Counted from the first letter of the stretch, positions 10,611 to 23,525 are shown. The stretch: DNA of 64,000 nt from Octopus vulgaris (GCA_951406725.2 OX597824.1:26660001-26724000); one strand, 5' to 3'. Notes: generated by a model not told the origin, from the letters alone. Translations and numbers: made by a program.

Positions 10611-11734
10611 TTAGTATTCTTCAATCTCATCTCCCGTTTCAGCTGTGTCAATACCAACTTCTTCATAATCTTTTTCCAGCGCAGCCAAATCTTCGCGCGC
10701 TTCTGTGAACTCTCCTTCCTCCATACCTTCACCAACATACCAATGAACAAAAGCTCGCTTGGCATACATTAAGTCAAATTTATAATTTAGACGGGCCCAA
10801 GCGTCAGCAATAGCTGTCGTATTGTTCAGCATACACACGGCCCGTTGGACCTCAGCCATGTCTCCCCCAGGGATAACAGTTGGGCGTTGGGAATTGATAC
10901 CAACTTTAAACCCTGTTGGGCACCAATCCACAAACTGAATGTCTTTCTTCATTTTAATTGCTGCAATAGCAGCGTTAACATCTTTCGAGACCACATCGCC
11001 TCGGTACAACAGACAACAAGCCATGTACTTCCCACGGCGAGGGTCACATTTAACCATCTGATTACCGGTTTCAAAGCACGCGTTTGTTATTTCAGAAACA
11101 TTTAACTGCTCGTGGTACGCTTTCTCAACCGATATTATTGGTGCATACGAAATCAATGGGAAATGAATACGTGGATAAGGTACAAGGTTGGTTTGAAACT
11201 CGGTTAAATCAACATTAAGGGACCCATCAAACCTTAGAGAAGCAGTAATAGAGCTCACTACCTGAGCAATTGGACGATTAAGGTTGATGTATCTTGGATA
11301 CCCAACATCTAAATGCTTTTTACAGATATCATAAATTGCTTCATTGTCGACCATGAAAGCGCAGTCACAATGCTCTAGAGTGGTATGAGTGGTTAAGACG
11401 GAATTGTACGGTTCCACTACAGCTGTAGAAATTCGTGGTGCCGGATAGACTGAAAATTGAAGCTTTGTCTTTTTACCAAAGTCAACACTCAGGCGCTCCA
11501 TTAGCAGAGACGTGAAACCAGAACCGGTGCCGCCACCGAAACTATGAAAAATCAAGAAGCCCTGGAGGCCAGAGCATTGTTCAGTTACTTTATGAATTTG
11601 GTCACAGACCGAATCAATGATTTCCTTGCCAACGGTATAGTGACCCCTGGCGTAATTGTTGGCTGCATCCTCTTTACCACTGATGAGTTGGTTCGGGTGA
11701 AATAACTGGTTGTATTTTCCAACGCGTATTTCAT
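10611..11734 (-). CDS. Alpha-tubulin copy A, exon 3 (last exon)
   Basis: [38 protein letters not shown] and C-terminal EEY. Acceptor ttttccAG at 11736-11735, phase 1; TAA at 10613-10611. Confidence 0.97.
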
Positions 11735-12222
11735 CTGGAAAATAAGATTTTGAGCAATAATATATCAAACTGGCAATATAAAAATTAAAAGATTTTTCTT
11801 ATATTAGAGGAGTATGAAATGTAGAGATTCTCAGACAGTTACTTGCTTTATCAGTTCAACAAAGTACTTCCATGTACGACATTCCTCAGAATATACTGCT
11901 AACAATACTTACATTCAAATACCGGATACATAAACACTTACTATTCCACTCACATTTAACCGATTTTATAGTCGACACATTTTACTGCCGTGATCAGTTC
12001 TGTTGTACAACAGAATTTTGAAATATTGTCCAATATTCAAGAAAACGGCGTTCGGAAATATAGCAGTAAAAAAGGAACCACTGCTTCATCACAAATCTTC
12101 GAGTTTTTTTTCCAACACAGAAAAACATAGAAGATTGATTAACCAGAACATTAAATGCGCGACAGGGCAATTCCTTGTTTAATTTATTTTTGTAAATACA
12201 ATTTTGAAACGTTTATACTTAC

Positions 12223-12439
12223 CGATAACTGAGGGCTCCAAATCGACGAATATGGCTCTGGGGACACGTTTCCCAGAGCCTATCTCATGAAAGAACGTAC
12301 TAGACGAATCATTAACACCGGAAGATTCAAATGATACTTGACCATTTTGTTGGATTCCATGTTCAAGGCAATAGAGTTCCCAACAAGCGTTACCTATTTG
12401 GACGCCTGCTTGTCCTATGTGAACGCTGATACATTCTCT
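12223..12439 (-). CDS. Alpha-tubulin copy A, exon 2
   Basis: [29 protein letters not shown]...[14 protein letters not shown]. Acceptor ttttcAG at 12441-12440; donor GTAAGT at 12222. Confidence 0.96.
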
Positions 12440-13685
12440 CTGAAAAAAAAGTTGTATAATAGAATTATTTTACAAGCTAGAGAAATCGGACAAAAGTGGG
12501 AGTTGAGCCCAAAAGGGAGCATCGCCGTGGTGTACTGCCTGTTAGAAATAGCTGTCAAATTCCTTCCGATCATACCCTATTGATTAACAAAATGTTTATA
12601 TCACGCGAACTCTAAATTTGGAAAATATAGAAATGGTAACTGAAGCGCATTTTTAACACAAATTTTCGCCAACAAGGTTTCGTGAGGTTTCAAGAGCCAT
12701 GCAGAGCTACATAAGAACCTTTAAAATGGTCTTTTTGGAGAAATTAAAATAACTGATATGAGTTGTCAGAACTTAACCATTATACCACAGGAGATAATAG
12801 CACAATATTTATAAATTCAAATCTAATTAAGCACACAAATATTTTAAAACAACCTTCATGTTTAATGTAAGTATTCCGTTCTACTTCATTTCAACACCAC
12901 TTTACATTGAGACAGTTTCTTCCAGTATAGCTGTGGGTCAATCTAGTAAACGGAAATGGATTTAGCGGTGGCCATGTGGACGCCCGTCAAATAAACTGTA
13001 AGGGAAAGTGCACAATGACAATATTTTTTTTAAATGTGCGCTCCCTTACGAAAACTATATCCATTAAGCAAATGACCTTCCCTAAATTCTTTAAAAAATA
13101 ATCTAACATTTTAGACAATTATTGCAGTTCTGAGTATATAAAACAAATTTGGCTGGAGCCAAATGAGTAAGCCAAAATAAGATAAATCTGCCTCTTCAGT
13201 TCTCCAGAATCACATTTGAAAACAGACTCGTACATCAATATTCATCGTTAGACACCAGAAAGACCAAAAACTAAAAGAAATTAAATACCTCGGTCAAATG
13301 AAAGGCGATCAAAGGAAAACAATACATATGAAAATAACGAAACTCGACTAAAGATAAAATATTCTCTACAGTTTCTTTACGATCTGCTGGGGTATCTATT
13401 CCTGAGAGATTTACACACGAGGTAGTTAAAGTGGGATTGAAATTAATCACTCCTTTTACACTATTTTAGGCATTTTTTCAAACTTGAAAATTATCAAATT
13501 AGCGTGTGAAAAAAATTTACTTGTAATCCAGCAGAGAAAAGAATATATATTGTTAAAAATTAGCTAGTTATTTTATTAACTTCAATCACAATTAGGTTAA
13601 CGTAGAGGAAAACATTCTTGAACACAAACTATCTCCGGATTAGGTTTCAGACTTAACTACACTGGCCAATTTTTACGCCTAAATA

Positions 13686-13919
13686 CATATTTCTTTACTA
13701 ACCACAAGGGGCTAAACACAGAGGACACACAAGGACAGACAAATGGATCAAGTCGATTATATCGAATCCAGTGAATAACTGGTACTTAATTTATCGACCC
13801 CGAAAGGATGAAAGGCAAAGTCGACCCCGACGGAATGTGAACTCAGAATGTAACGGCAGACGAAATACGGCTACGCATTTCGCCAGGCGTGCTATCGTTT
13901 CTGCCAGCTCGCCACTTCA
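13686..13919 (-). mobile_element. Full-length SINE family 1 in intron 1 of copy A, 14-bp TSD
   Basis: TSD tttacgcctaaata at 13672-13685 and 13920-13933; empty site near 480-495. Confidence 0.9.
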
Positions 13920-15627
13920 TTTACGCCTAAATATAATGTTGTAATACATAATGATGCAGTACTTACAATGGAATGATTTCAAACAGATGAGAAAATAACG
14001 AGAAATCAAAAATTACTCACTTTATCCCCTTAATTAGAGAGCCTAAGTTGGTCACAAAAGACACCGAAATAACCACTTACAAGTTACATATTTCGATAGC
14101 GTGATAACCGAAGTTCCGTTAACACGTTGGCTCCCAGACGTCCTGCCGGTGCTGTTAGCGACCTACCGGCCGGTGGGTTTTTTTTCTCTTTGTCATGGGC
14201 TTTCTTAAAGCTGGTATGTTCCGATTTCTTTGATTTGTACTTTTGCTAAGAGAATTTAATAGACTTTATATTTTCGTTTTTCTTCTGATTTCACCATGAA
14301 GAAAAAGATTCAATGACAAAATTGTCTCAAACAAAAATAGTTAATTCTTTTGAAAAAAAAATTATCAATAGAAATAAAAAAATATTTTACTTGCCATGGA
14401 AATCAAAATAGTTTTTTCTGAAAAAAAGAATTTCGAGATCTTCCAATAGAAGAGCTAAAATTTTTAATTGACACGGTGTGGTATCTAAGATGCGATATGA
14501 ACTAGGGTACCAAACGACTCTCCGGTGGGACATGGGTATCTAACACTGCAATCCTTGCCTCAGTATAGTGTAAAAATATTACGCCGCTCATGTCAAAATT
14601 AGGATATCAAATTGGGACCCTGGGATAAAACGTAAAAATGAGTCTAGAGACCCGACGTGTTAACAGTAAAAGCTGTACGGCAGACACGGAAAACATACCC
14701 AGAAAATATTGCAGTTTCTCAATAGAGACTATATTAAATAAATGAAAATATTAGTAAATTATGACAAACAATTTAAATTCAAAATTGTATTTAATATTTT
14801 TTTATATAGTTCTAAATACAATTTTGTGAAGACTAGAAAATGGTTAATGTAGACCGAATTAAAATTAAATGCAGTTTTGTAATACAAAAATTCTTAATGG
14901 GTTAATTATAAGCAAGGGATGCGAATAGAGGGGTAATTTTTCTAATGAAGAGGGATTGTATAAGTCTATATTCCTTCGTTGTAAATTTTGAAGAGTTTTT
15001 CTCTAAGTTCTCACGGTTGCCGTTATGTAGCTCTAGATCAAATCACTGATTTTAAAAAATTCTTAACGACATACTAACTAAAAATCAAAGAGGTTTTTTT
15101 TTATGTAAATGCTTTTAGAGTTTTCTATACGTTCGTTCTTCATGTAATGTCGTATGTTGTTACATGGCAACTTTTGGCTGTCACATATTGCTTTGAAATC
15201 TAGATGAAAATTCTATTTTAAAAATTCAATATTTGTTGCTATTATGCAAAAGGGTCGAAAGTCCCAACCGCTGCTTTTTCAAAAGGAAAAAAGAAGTTTC
15301 ATCATTCCACAGGAAAACCGTTGTACTACACTTTGACAATTTTCGATATCTTGCCGTCTGAAGCAACTAGAGATCCTGATATTTCGACCAAAAGAACCGG
15401 CTATTGCAAATAAAAATAAATACTGAATAAAACGTATTTGGCTAAATTTAGACGTACGACAGTTTAACATAATAGCAACTAAATAAACATTTCGAAAGCA
15501 AGAAAAGAATTTCACTAATAAATATGCACAAAATATTTTGTAAATGTGAATAAAGGTTATTATATTCAAAACTGGATTTCCTATAACTTTGTAGAGACAG
15601 ACTGGAAATAAACCGTTGCAAATTTAC

Positions 15628-15630
15628 CAT
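15628..15630 (-). CDS. Alpha-tubulin copy A, probable exon 1 (ATG only)
   Basis: Animal alpha-tubulins commonly have an intron directly after the ATG. Context acaacaATG|GTAAAT; the 200 bp upstream are nearly invariant across the three copies. Confidence 0.65.
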
Positions 15631-15835
15631 TGTTGTCGCGCTGTTTCTGTACCGTTCAAAGTGGAGTCAATAAACAAGACGGTGGTTTTGCTCTTGGCCT
15701 TGCTACACATAGTAATATTTCTTACTCTCCTCCTACTCTTACTCTTATACTACTCCGTGTTAGCCAATTGTGATCGTATGTTCGAAGACAGTCTCAAATT
15801 GAAGGGTGTGATTTTGAGGGGGGTAATACATTAAT
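15631..15835 (-). promoter_or_regulatory. Probable 5' UTR and proximal promoter of tubulin A
   Basis: Near-identical block in all three copies (2207-2410, 34642-34845); contains GCCAAT. Confidence 0.45.
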
Positions 15836-16458
15836 TTTGATTTAATTTTTTTTTTTCAATTTAACACCCCTATAACTACAAATGGCTAAACTTAACGGAA
15901 TGGTTCACATATTGAAATAATTTCACCAACTAATAAACTGAAAGAACAGAGAAGTGGTAGTTGAAGTTCTTGCGTACGGAGCACCAAAAATTTAAATCTG
16001 AAAAGGAACAACGAAGATGCTATTTGAACGCGATAATTTTTCAAATGAAATTGGATTATTTTGCTTTTATTCTTCAGTGGTGAAAGGTATATTTAGAAGA
16101 TTAATTAAATTCACAAACTGAGAATGATGTTTTAGTTTCAATCTCCATCTAAAGTCACATCTGTTTATTGAATGCCCTGAAGTAACTTCAGTCTAATGAG
16201 TCCGCTGTAGTCATAGAAAAAAAATGAATATTCAAGCCTCCTATTTTTCTTCCTTCTACAAAATTAGATTGGGACTGTTATATATAATTTCTAACTTTTA
16301 TTAGTTATGATTTTTTTTTAAATTGATCACCAAATACAGAAGCAAGCATAATCATACAACTCCGGACACATAATGTCTTTTAATATTTTCCTACATCCCT
16401 TCACATCTAGTCCGAAATCCCAGGAGAGTTGCTACAACTTTTGTCCGTCTAAATCATT

Positions 16459-16755
16459 GTTTGTTCCTTTTCGAACCCCGCCTGGATCATTAGGGCCGGT
16501 TTCCCGGTTTTCTTGGCGTATAGGTTCCCCACCTGGACGGGACGCCGGTCCGTCCCAGGTGAATTGCAAGATGCAGGAGGGAAGAGTGAAAGTTGTGGCG
16601 AAAGAGTCAGCAGAAGTTCGCCATTACCTTCTGCTGGAGCCGCGTGGAGCTTAGGTGTTTCGCTCATAAACACACACATCGCCCGGTTTGAGATTCGAAC
16701 CCACGATCCCTCGACCGCGAGTCCGCTGCTCTTACCACTGGGCCATGTGCCTCCA
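16459..16755 (-). mobile_element. SINE family 3 (ortholog of 4964-5263)
   Basis: Same sequence and same flanks. Confidence 0.85.
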
Positions 16756-17139
16756 CGTCTGAATCGTTAAGGCATAATTATCCACAAAGTACAGAAGATC
16801 ATTTAAAAAGTTGGAATTCATATATTTAAAAAAAAAATTATTACAAGATGCATTTATTTTATAATAATTTTGATCTAAAGCCAATGTGGACATAGGCAAA
16901 CCACATCAGGTCGTCTAGGTTCGTATCTAGATAGAGTATTCTATAGGTCAGTTGATAAGGATAGCATAGGTGATCCATATTTCAAAATGTTCAGCCACAT
17001 GTAATCCAAATTTGTCATCTACACGGTCGACCTAGATAAGCGTCGTAGACTGGAAGCGGGTTACTGCAAGCTGAATGCTTCACTCCAGATGCACAAAGAT
17101 TACACAGACCGGATTCGTGAATTAGTAAAGCTGCCACAA

Positions 17140-17845
17140 ATCTAGTTTAGATTAGAATCGATTAGGTTTAGGAACCTAATGGCGATAGAGAAAATTGAAC
17201 AGAGGGAGACTTAGAAACCTACAAGAGGCGCTTAGGAAAGGAATCACATCAATTCTTTAATGCAAAGCATGAAGTCTGCATTGTCAGAGCTAGATGCCTG
17301 CTGTGAGACGCGAGAGGAGAAAGCTACGAGATGGAACAAGTGATGGAGGTGCAACGTGGCAACAAAACCACCGTTCGGTTTTTGGTGGACCATAATTGGT
17401 GCATGCTACTCGAGCGACTCTCAGCAAGGGAGACAAAATGTTGCAAGAAGCCGCGGAAATACGGGAAGCAATAATTAACTGCACGGGATATAAAGCGCCT
17501 GATTTTGATGGTTTACCCTACGAGCTTTACTTTTGCTTGTAAAACTTGCTCGGAAACCTCTTGGCATCAGGTAACAGAACGGGAAATTTTCTAGTTCTGT
17601 GGGCCGAAGAGCGGTAACGTTGCTGAGAAAGGGTTCAAACAGGATGAACCACATAGATAATTTCTGGCCCATAACATTGCTAAATGCAGATGTCAAAGTT
17701 TCGGCCAGTGTTGGAAAATAGGTTGGTTGTCACTTGTCAATGGTTTCATTGGTGATGCGCAAATTTTCACCATCTATCCACGATATCCACCATCTCATTG
17801 TGATACATCATAGAGAGGTGGAATAAAGAGCGTAGCATAGGTGGG
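17140..17845 (+). mobile_element. Decayed L1/Tx1-clade ORF2 fragment (paralog of 7345-8065)
   Basis: Same RT N-terminal motifs. Confidence 0.75.
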
Positions 17846-18370
17846 TCCTTGATCATTGCAAACCCTTCAAGGCAGTGTCCCAGCATGGCTGCAGTCCAAT
17901 GTCTGACGAAATAAAAGATAAAAAATAAGATAAAAGATAGTTAAACCAAGAAAAAGTTCAGGTAGCTGTCACACTCGAATAGTAGCACATATTCTTTCAC
18001 TAATTCTTTTAGGTGTCAGTGTAAATGCGAAGAGATATGGGAATATTCTTGCTCCCTTCAAATTTTGACCCTTCGGAACCCCAAGAATGTAACAGGTGGT
18101 GTCAGATGTTTCTGTTCCAGCAAAAATATGGACTGAAATAGCGTGAAATGAAGCGCTCTGCTGAAGGGCGCAGCACTTCGTTCCGTTCAAGTATTGAACC
18201 ACAACTTCCCATGTGGAATCCTAAGCACCAAACCACACATCCCCATATGCTTATCTTCTATATTTTCCTTGTTTCAGCATTTGGATTGCTGTTATGCTAG
18301 AGTACCAACCTTGAATAATTTAGTAGAATAGATTTACACACACACACGTGTATTTATATATATCATATAC

Positions 18371-18419
<49 letters not shown>

Positions 18420-18553
18420 TATGTATATATATATATATTATATATATACATATATTACATATATATACATATATTATATATTATATACATATATATATTT
18501 TATATATACATATATTACATATATATACATATATTACATATATATACATATAT

Positions 18554-18605
<52 letters not shown>

Positions 18606-18694
18606 CATACATATATACATATATATATATATACATATATACATATACATATATACATATATACATATATATATACATACATATATACATATAT

Positions 18695-19619
18695 GTTATA
18701 ATGAAATTGCTTTCTTATATCAGAGTAATAAGGCGTTTCAATAGAGCATCTTCACCCCGGGAATTACCAGGTACACCAGTAGACGGGCTTCTAGTTTCCG
18801 TCTACAAAATTCATGGACAAGGCTTTGATTGGCCCGAGGCTATAAGTAGAGGAGATTTGCCCAAGGCGCAACGTGGTGAGATTGAACCCAGAACCATGTG
18901 GTTGAGAAGCAAGCCTCTTTATTTTATGCAATTGGCCATCAAGGCCGTACATAGAGGGAGTAGCACAAGGTGGGGACAAAAAAAAAACGAATTAATATAA
19001 TGAAAGATGAAATGAAGCCGTTCGGCCACCTCCTTCGAGCGACTTCCTTGAACCTGTTAATACAACATTTATTAAAACACTGTGGAGGCGCAATGGCCCA
19101 GTGGTTAAGGCAGCAGACTCGCGGTCATAGGATCGCGGTTTCGATTCCCAGACCGGGCGTTGTGAGTGTTTATTGAGCGAAAACACCTAAAGCTCCACGA
19201 GGCTCCGGCAGGGGATGGTGGTGATCCCTGTTGTCCTCTTTCACCACAACTTTCTCTCTCACTCTTTCTTTCTGTTTCTATTGTACCTGTATTTCAAAGG
19301 GCCGGCCTTGTCACTCTCTGTGTCCCGCTGAATATCCCCGAGAACTACGTTAAGGGTACACGTGCCTGTGGAGTGCTCAGCCACTTACACGTTAATTTCA
19401 CGAGCAGGCTGTTCCGTTGATTCGGATCAACCGGAACCCTCATCGTCGTAACCGACGCTATATACATATATACATATATATATATACATATACATATATA
19501 CATATATCCATATATATATACATACATATATACATATACATACATATATATATTTACATACATACAGATATATATGTATATATACATATATATATATACA
19601 TACATACAGACATACATAC

Positions 19620-19711
<92 letters not shown>

Positions 19712-21552
19712 TCAATAGAACCTCGCACCATTGTACGAATAATGTGCTGTCTCGAAGTACTAGTGGAAATGGGCAGTATGAGCTCGCAAACGCACTCCCA
19801 ACAAGCGAAACACATTGTTAGCTTTCACAGGCTGTTTTTCCCCCGTTTGGAGGTGAAGCGTTTATATTTTGTGTAGGTTGTCCTACACAAAATGGATGAC
19901 GATACATTTTACGAGCTCTGGGAGAGCGAGGATGAGGCGGACTACGCAAGTTATTCCGTAGAAAGCACGGATGATTATGCGGCCGCGGCACTAAGATGGA
20001 TGGAATGTTACAACATCAAGCCTGAGGCAGTCAAGAAGTTCTGGTCATTTCTTCAAGGGGAGGAAGACAGCGTGAGGCTAAGTCCCCCCAAGGAGGTGAT
20101 GGAAGGAATTAAGAGAAGAACAAATGTTTATAGGACGCTATCTTTGAAGACTAGCAAAATAGAGAGAGCGTCAATGGAAAAGGCATTAAAGCCTAATATG
20201 TATAAATTGGCGTACGTTAAGGGCGGAAGAAGGTTTGGAACGGTGGAGGCGCAGTTTGTGACTGAGAGCGATGCCAAAATAGACTCGGCGACCACCCTGC
20301 AGACGAGTGGATTAGATCTTTTGCCATCATAGCTCGGCAAAAGAACGACGGAAATAATGATAAACAGGTTCGACCCGGAAATCAAACCGATGTGGCTCCT
20401 GGCTGCGACCTTCGCCAACATAAAAGAAGAGGTGGCACTATTGGAGTTGGAAGAAAAATGTATCCAGAACTGGTGTGGCAGGGGCGTAAGAGCAACACTC
20501 CAGGCCACACCAGCAGATATTAAACAGCGCTTTCCTTACGGTAAAAAAATAGTTTTTCTGTAAATGACAGCAGTTATACACCTCTCAGATGCCTTCGCTA
20601 AGCAGAATAATGACTTTGCCTCTCATCAACCCCCGACAACCTCTCTCACCGACCTCCGATAATCTTTCTCGCCGACCTCCGAAAATCTCTCTTGCCAACC
20701 TCCCAACAATCTCTCCCTCCTCCAGCTGATAGTTTTTGTACTTTTTCATGGCGGAAAATACACCTTTTGTGGCAGTTATAATGAAATTGCTTTCTTATAT
20801 CAGAGTAATAAGGCGTTTCAATAGAGCATCTTCACCCCCGGGAATTACCAGGTACACCAGTAGACGGGCTTCTAGTTTCCGTCTACAAAATTCATGGACA
20901 AGGCTTTGATCGGCCCGAGGCTATAAGTAGAGGAGATTTGCCCAAGGCGCAACGTGGTGAGATTGAACCCAGAACCATGTGGTTGAGAAGCAAGCCTCTT
21001 TATTTTATGAAATTGGCCATCAAGGCCGTACATAGAGGGAATAGCACAAGGTGGGGACAAAAATAAACGAATTAATATAATGAAAGATGAAATGAAGCCG
21101 TTCGGCCACCTCCTTCGAGCGACTTCCTTGAACCTGTTAATACAACATTTATTAAAACACTGTGGAGGCGCAATGGCCCAGTGGTTAGGGCGGCGGACTC
21201 GCAGTTGGAGGATCGCGGTTTCGATTCCCAGACCGGGCGTTGTGAGTGTTTATTGAACGAAAGCACCTAAAGCTCCACGAGGCTCCGGCAGGGGATGGTG
21301 GTGATCCCTGCTGTACTCTTTCACCACAACTTTCTCTCGCTCTTTCTTCCTGTTTCTGTTGTACCTGTATTTCAAAAGGCCATCCTTCCCACGCATTGTG
21401 TAACGCTGAATCTCCCCGAAAGTTACGTTAAGCGTACACGTGTCTGTGGAGTGCTCAGCTACTTACACGTTAATTTCACGAGCAGGCTGTTCCGTTGATC
21501 GGACCAACCGGAACCCTCGTCGTCGTCGTAACCGACGGAGTGCTTCCATCAT
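18695..21552 (+). repeat. Local direct repeat (18695-19457 and 20775-21552), each ending in a family 3 SINE (tail type b)
   Basis: Offset 2080 bp. The first 386 bp are nearly identical. SINEs at 19082-19457 and 21162-21552. Confidence 0.9.
19892..20545 (+). pseudogene. N-terminal fragment of a second, diverged ORF1-like protein
   Basis: Collinear with the 4306 ORF: DSVRLSPP/DSVKLVPP, YRT, GRRFGTVE/GKKYGTVE, KEEV, NWCGRGV/NWKGFGV, DI..RFP. In-frame TAG at 20330-20332. Confidence 0.8.
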
Positions 21553-21995
21553 GATTAGAATACAGAGATTTTAAACTTCTTCATTTACGGAATTTTATGT
21601 AGATATTTATACGATTTCTTCAAACTTTGTTCTAGATACACACGCACGCACGCAAACACACACATACAAACGCACTCACGCTCATGCATATATCTGATAT
21701 AAATACATGCATACATACATACATGCACGCGCGCGCAAACGTACGCTCGTGTATGGGATTTTCAAGGATTTTTTTTTTCAAGAATTCAATGCAAAATTTT
21801 CGTTCTTGTTTTCGTCTAAATTCCTGTGATGGCACTTCGTATCTCTGTTAGAAACCAGTTCCTTCTTTGTCGGAAAGAATTTAAATAAAACGCGAAGATA
21901 AACATATGCACAAATACATGCATTTCCATAGATGAATATACGTCCATATATGAATGTATATATCCAGGCAACCATCAACATATACAAGCACAACA

Positions 21996-22055
<60 letters not shown>

Positions 22056-22472
22056 TTCTTTTGTCTATACCACGCTCTTAAATCCATCTGTTGGTTCTAC
22101 TCTTATATATACACACAAACATATTACGTAAACAAACCATATAATCTATTTTACAAATACTTGCATAGTGACATACACATACACATTACATATATATATA
22201 AATACACACATTACATATATATACATATACATACATTACACACACACACACATATATATATATGTATATATATACGCACTTATTACGTAAACAAACCATT
22301 TAATCTACAAACATTTTTCGCAACAAATCATTGCAGTACACACACGCACACACACATACATACACACACACACACACACACATGAACACACCTGAAGACA
22401 ATGTCTCACACACACTCACATACATTCCGACACCCTCGTGCACCTGTTCAGAGAGCTACATTATATAGTAGC

Positions 22473-22530
<58 letters not shown>

Positions 22531-22611
22531 ACATACATGCATTTATATAAATATATAAATATATAAATATGTACATATATGTATGTATGTATGCATATGT
22601 TTTATTTATTA

Positions 22612-22656
<45 letters not shown>

Positions 22657-22660
<4 letters not shown>

Positions 22661-22860
22661 ATCCAAACAAGAAAACACAAAAAAACACAACAACGCGAGG
22701 ACGTGAGACAAATATAGTATTATTGGACGCTCAGGAAAGAAGGGAAGAAGGTGGGTTTAACGTTTCGAGCGGAGCTCTTCGTCGGAAACATAGGAGAAGG
22801 AAAGATCCCGAGAAGGGAAGACAGAGGAAAAAAAATCGCCAACGGTACACACGAGGTCAT
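22657..22860 (-). mobile_element. Short Penelope-type pseudo-LTR fragment in (TA)n
   Basis: Flanked by (TA)n and carries a minimal hammerhead motif. A related end occurs at about 56155-56230. Confidence 0.6.
22755..22789 (-). ncRNA. Minimal type I hammerhead-like motif (variant core)
   Basis: GUUU-CCGACGA-A-GAGC(UCC)GCUC-GAA-ACGU-U-AAAC: 4-bp stem I, 4-bp stem II, palindromic stem III. Confidence 0.6.
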
Positions 22861-22882
22861 ATATATATATATATATATATAT

Positions 22883-23525
22883 AACAATTAAAAAAGAGGG
22901 TGTCTAATAGACACCAACATGCCGAAATAGCAGTCGAAATTCTGACTATAAAAACCACGTTAAGTGTTCATATCGTACCATGAGATAAGACAGAGGGACA
23001 AAATATACAAGCAAAAATTATTGAATAATTCAAGATCCAGGATTTCTGGTTTTGCTTTAAATAAGCTTTACCGTCATCAATTGAATATATCAAGGGTACA
23101 TAAATACTGATATATATATGCAGAACAAACGATATACTTACATATACGAACGTCCATACATAAATACATATGTACGTATGCACGCGGCCAGTTAAATTGC
23201 CCGCCAAAGCACCCCATAAGCACGATATGGTTAAAATAAACATCGCAGTGAATACAATAACGAATTATATAAATTTATATATGAGGATAATATCGATATT
23301 TAAGTATCAATATTATCAAGTGGCCAGCATGGGAAAAATACCGTCCAAAGGTAATAATTTTTAACAATTAAAAATGAGGGTGTCTAATAGACACCAACAT
23401 GCCGAAATAGCAGTCGAAATTCTGTCTTATTTCATGGTACGATATGAACACTTAACGTGGTTTTTATAGTCAGAATTGATAATATTGATACTTAAATATC
23501 GATATTATCCTCATATATAAAATTA
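22883..23525. mobile_element. Penelope-type element with direct and inverted terminal pieces, in (TA)n
   Basis: 22883-22944 is repeated at 23363-23424. 23421-23477 is the reverse complement of 22937-22993, and 23478-23525 of about 23270-23317. Same family as 62195-62696. Confidence 0.6.

Noticed and set aside
11735-11768. ORF-track N-terminus [11 protein letters not shown] on both tubulin ORFs (also 31927-31960)
   Set aside because: Intron 2 sequence upstream of the AG acceptor; the real N-terminus comes from exons 1 and 2.
12778-12780. Alternative ATG|GT exon 1 (ATG GTTAAG; ATG GTTTAG in copy B)
   Set aside because: Weaker donor that differs between copies, in a more variable context. Not excluded without transcripts.
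19082-19160. tRNA-like sequences at SINE heads (also 5190-5263 and 40590-40661)
   Set aside because: They continue into SINE bodies and lack a proper acceptor stem; not tRNA genes.
20626-20716. Four approximately 23-bp direct repeats, superficially CRISPR-like
   Set aside because: No spacers, degenerate units, eukaryotic context; an ordinary minisatellite.
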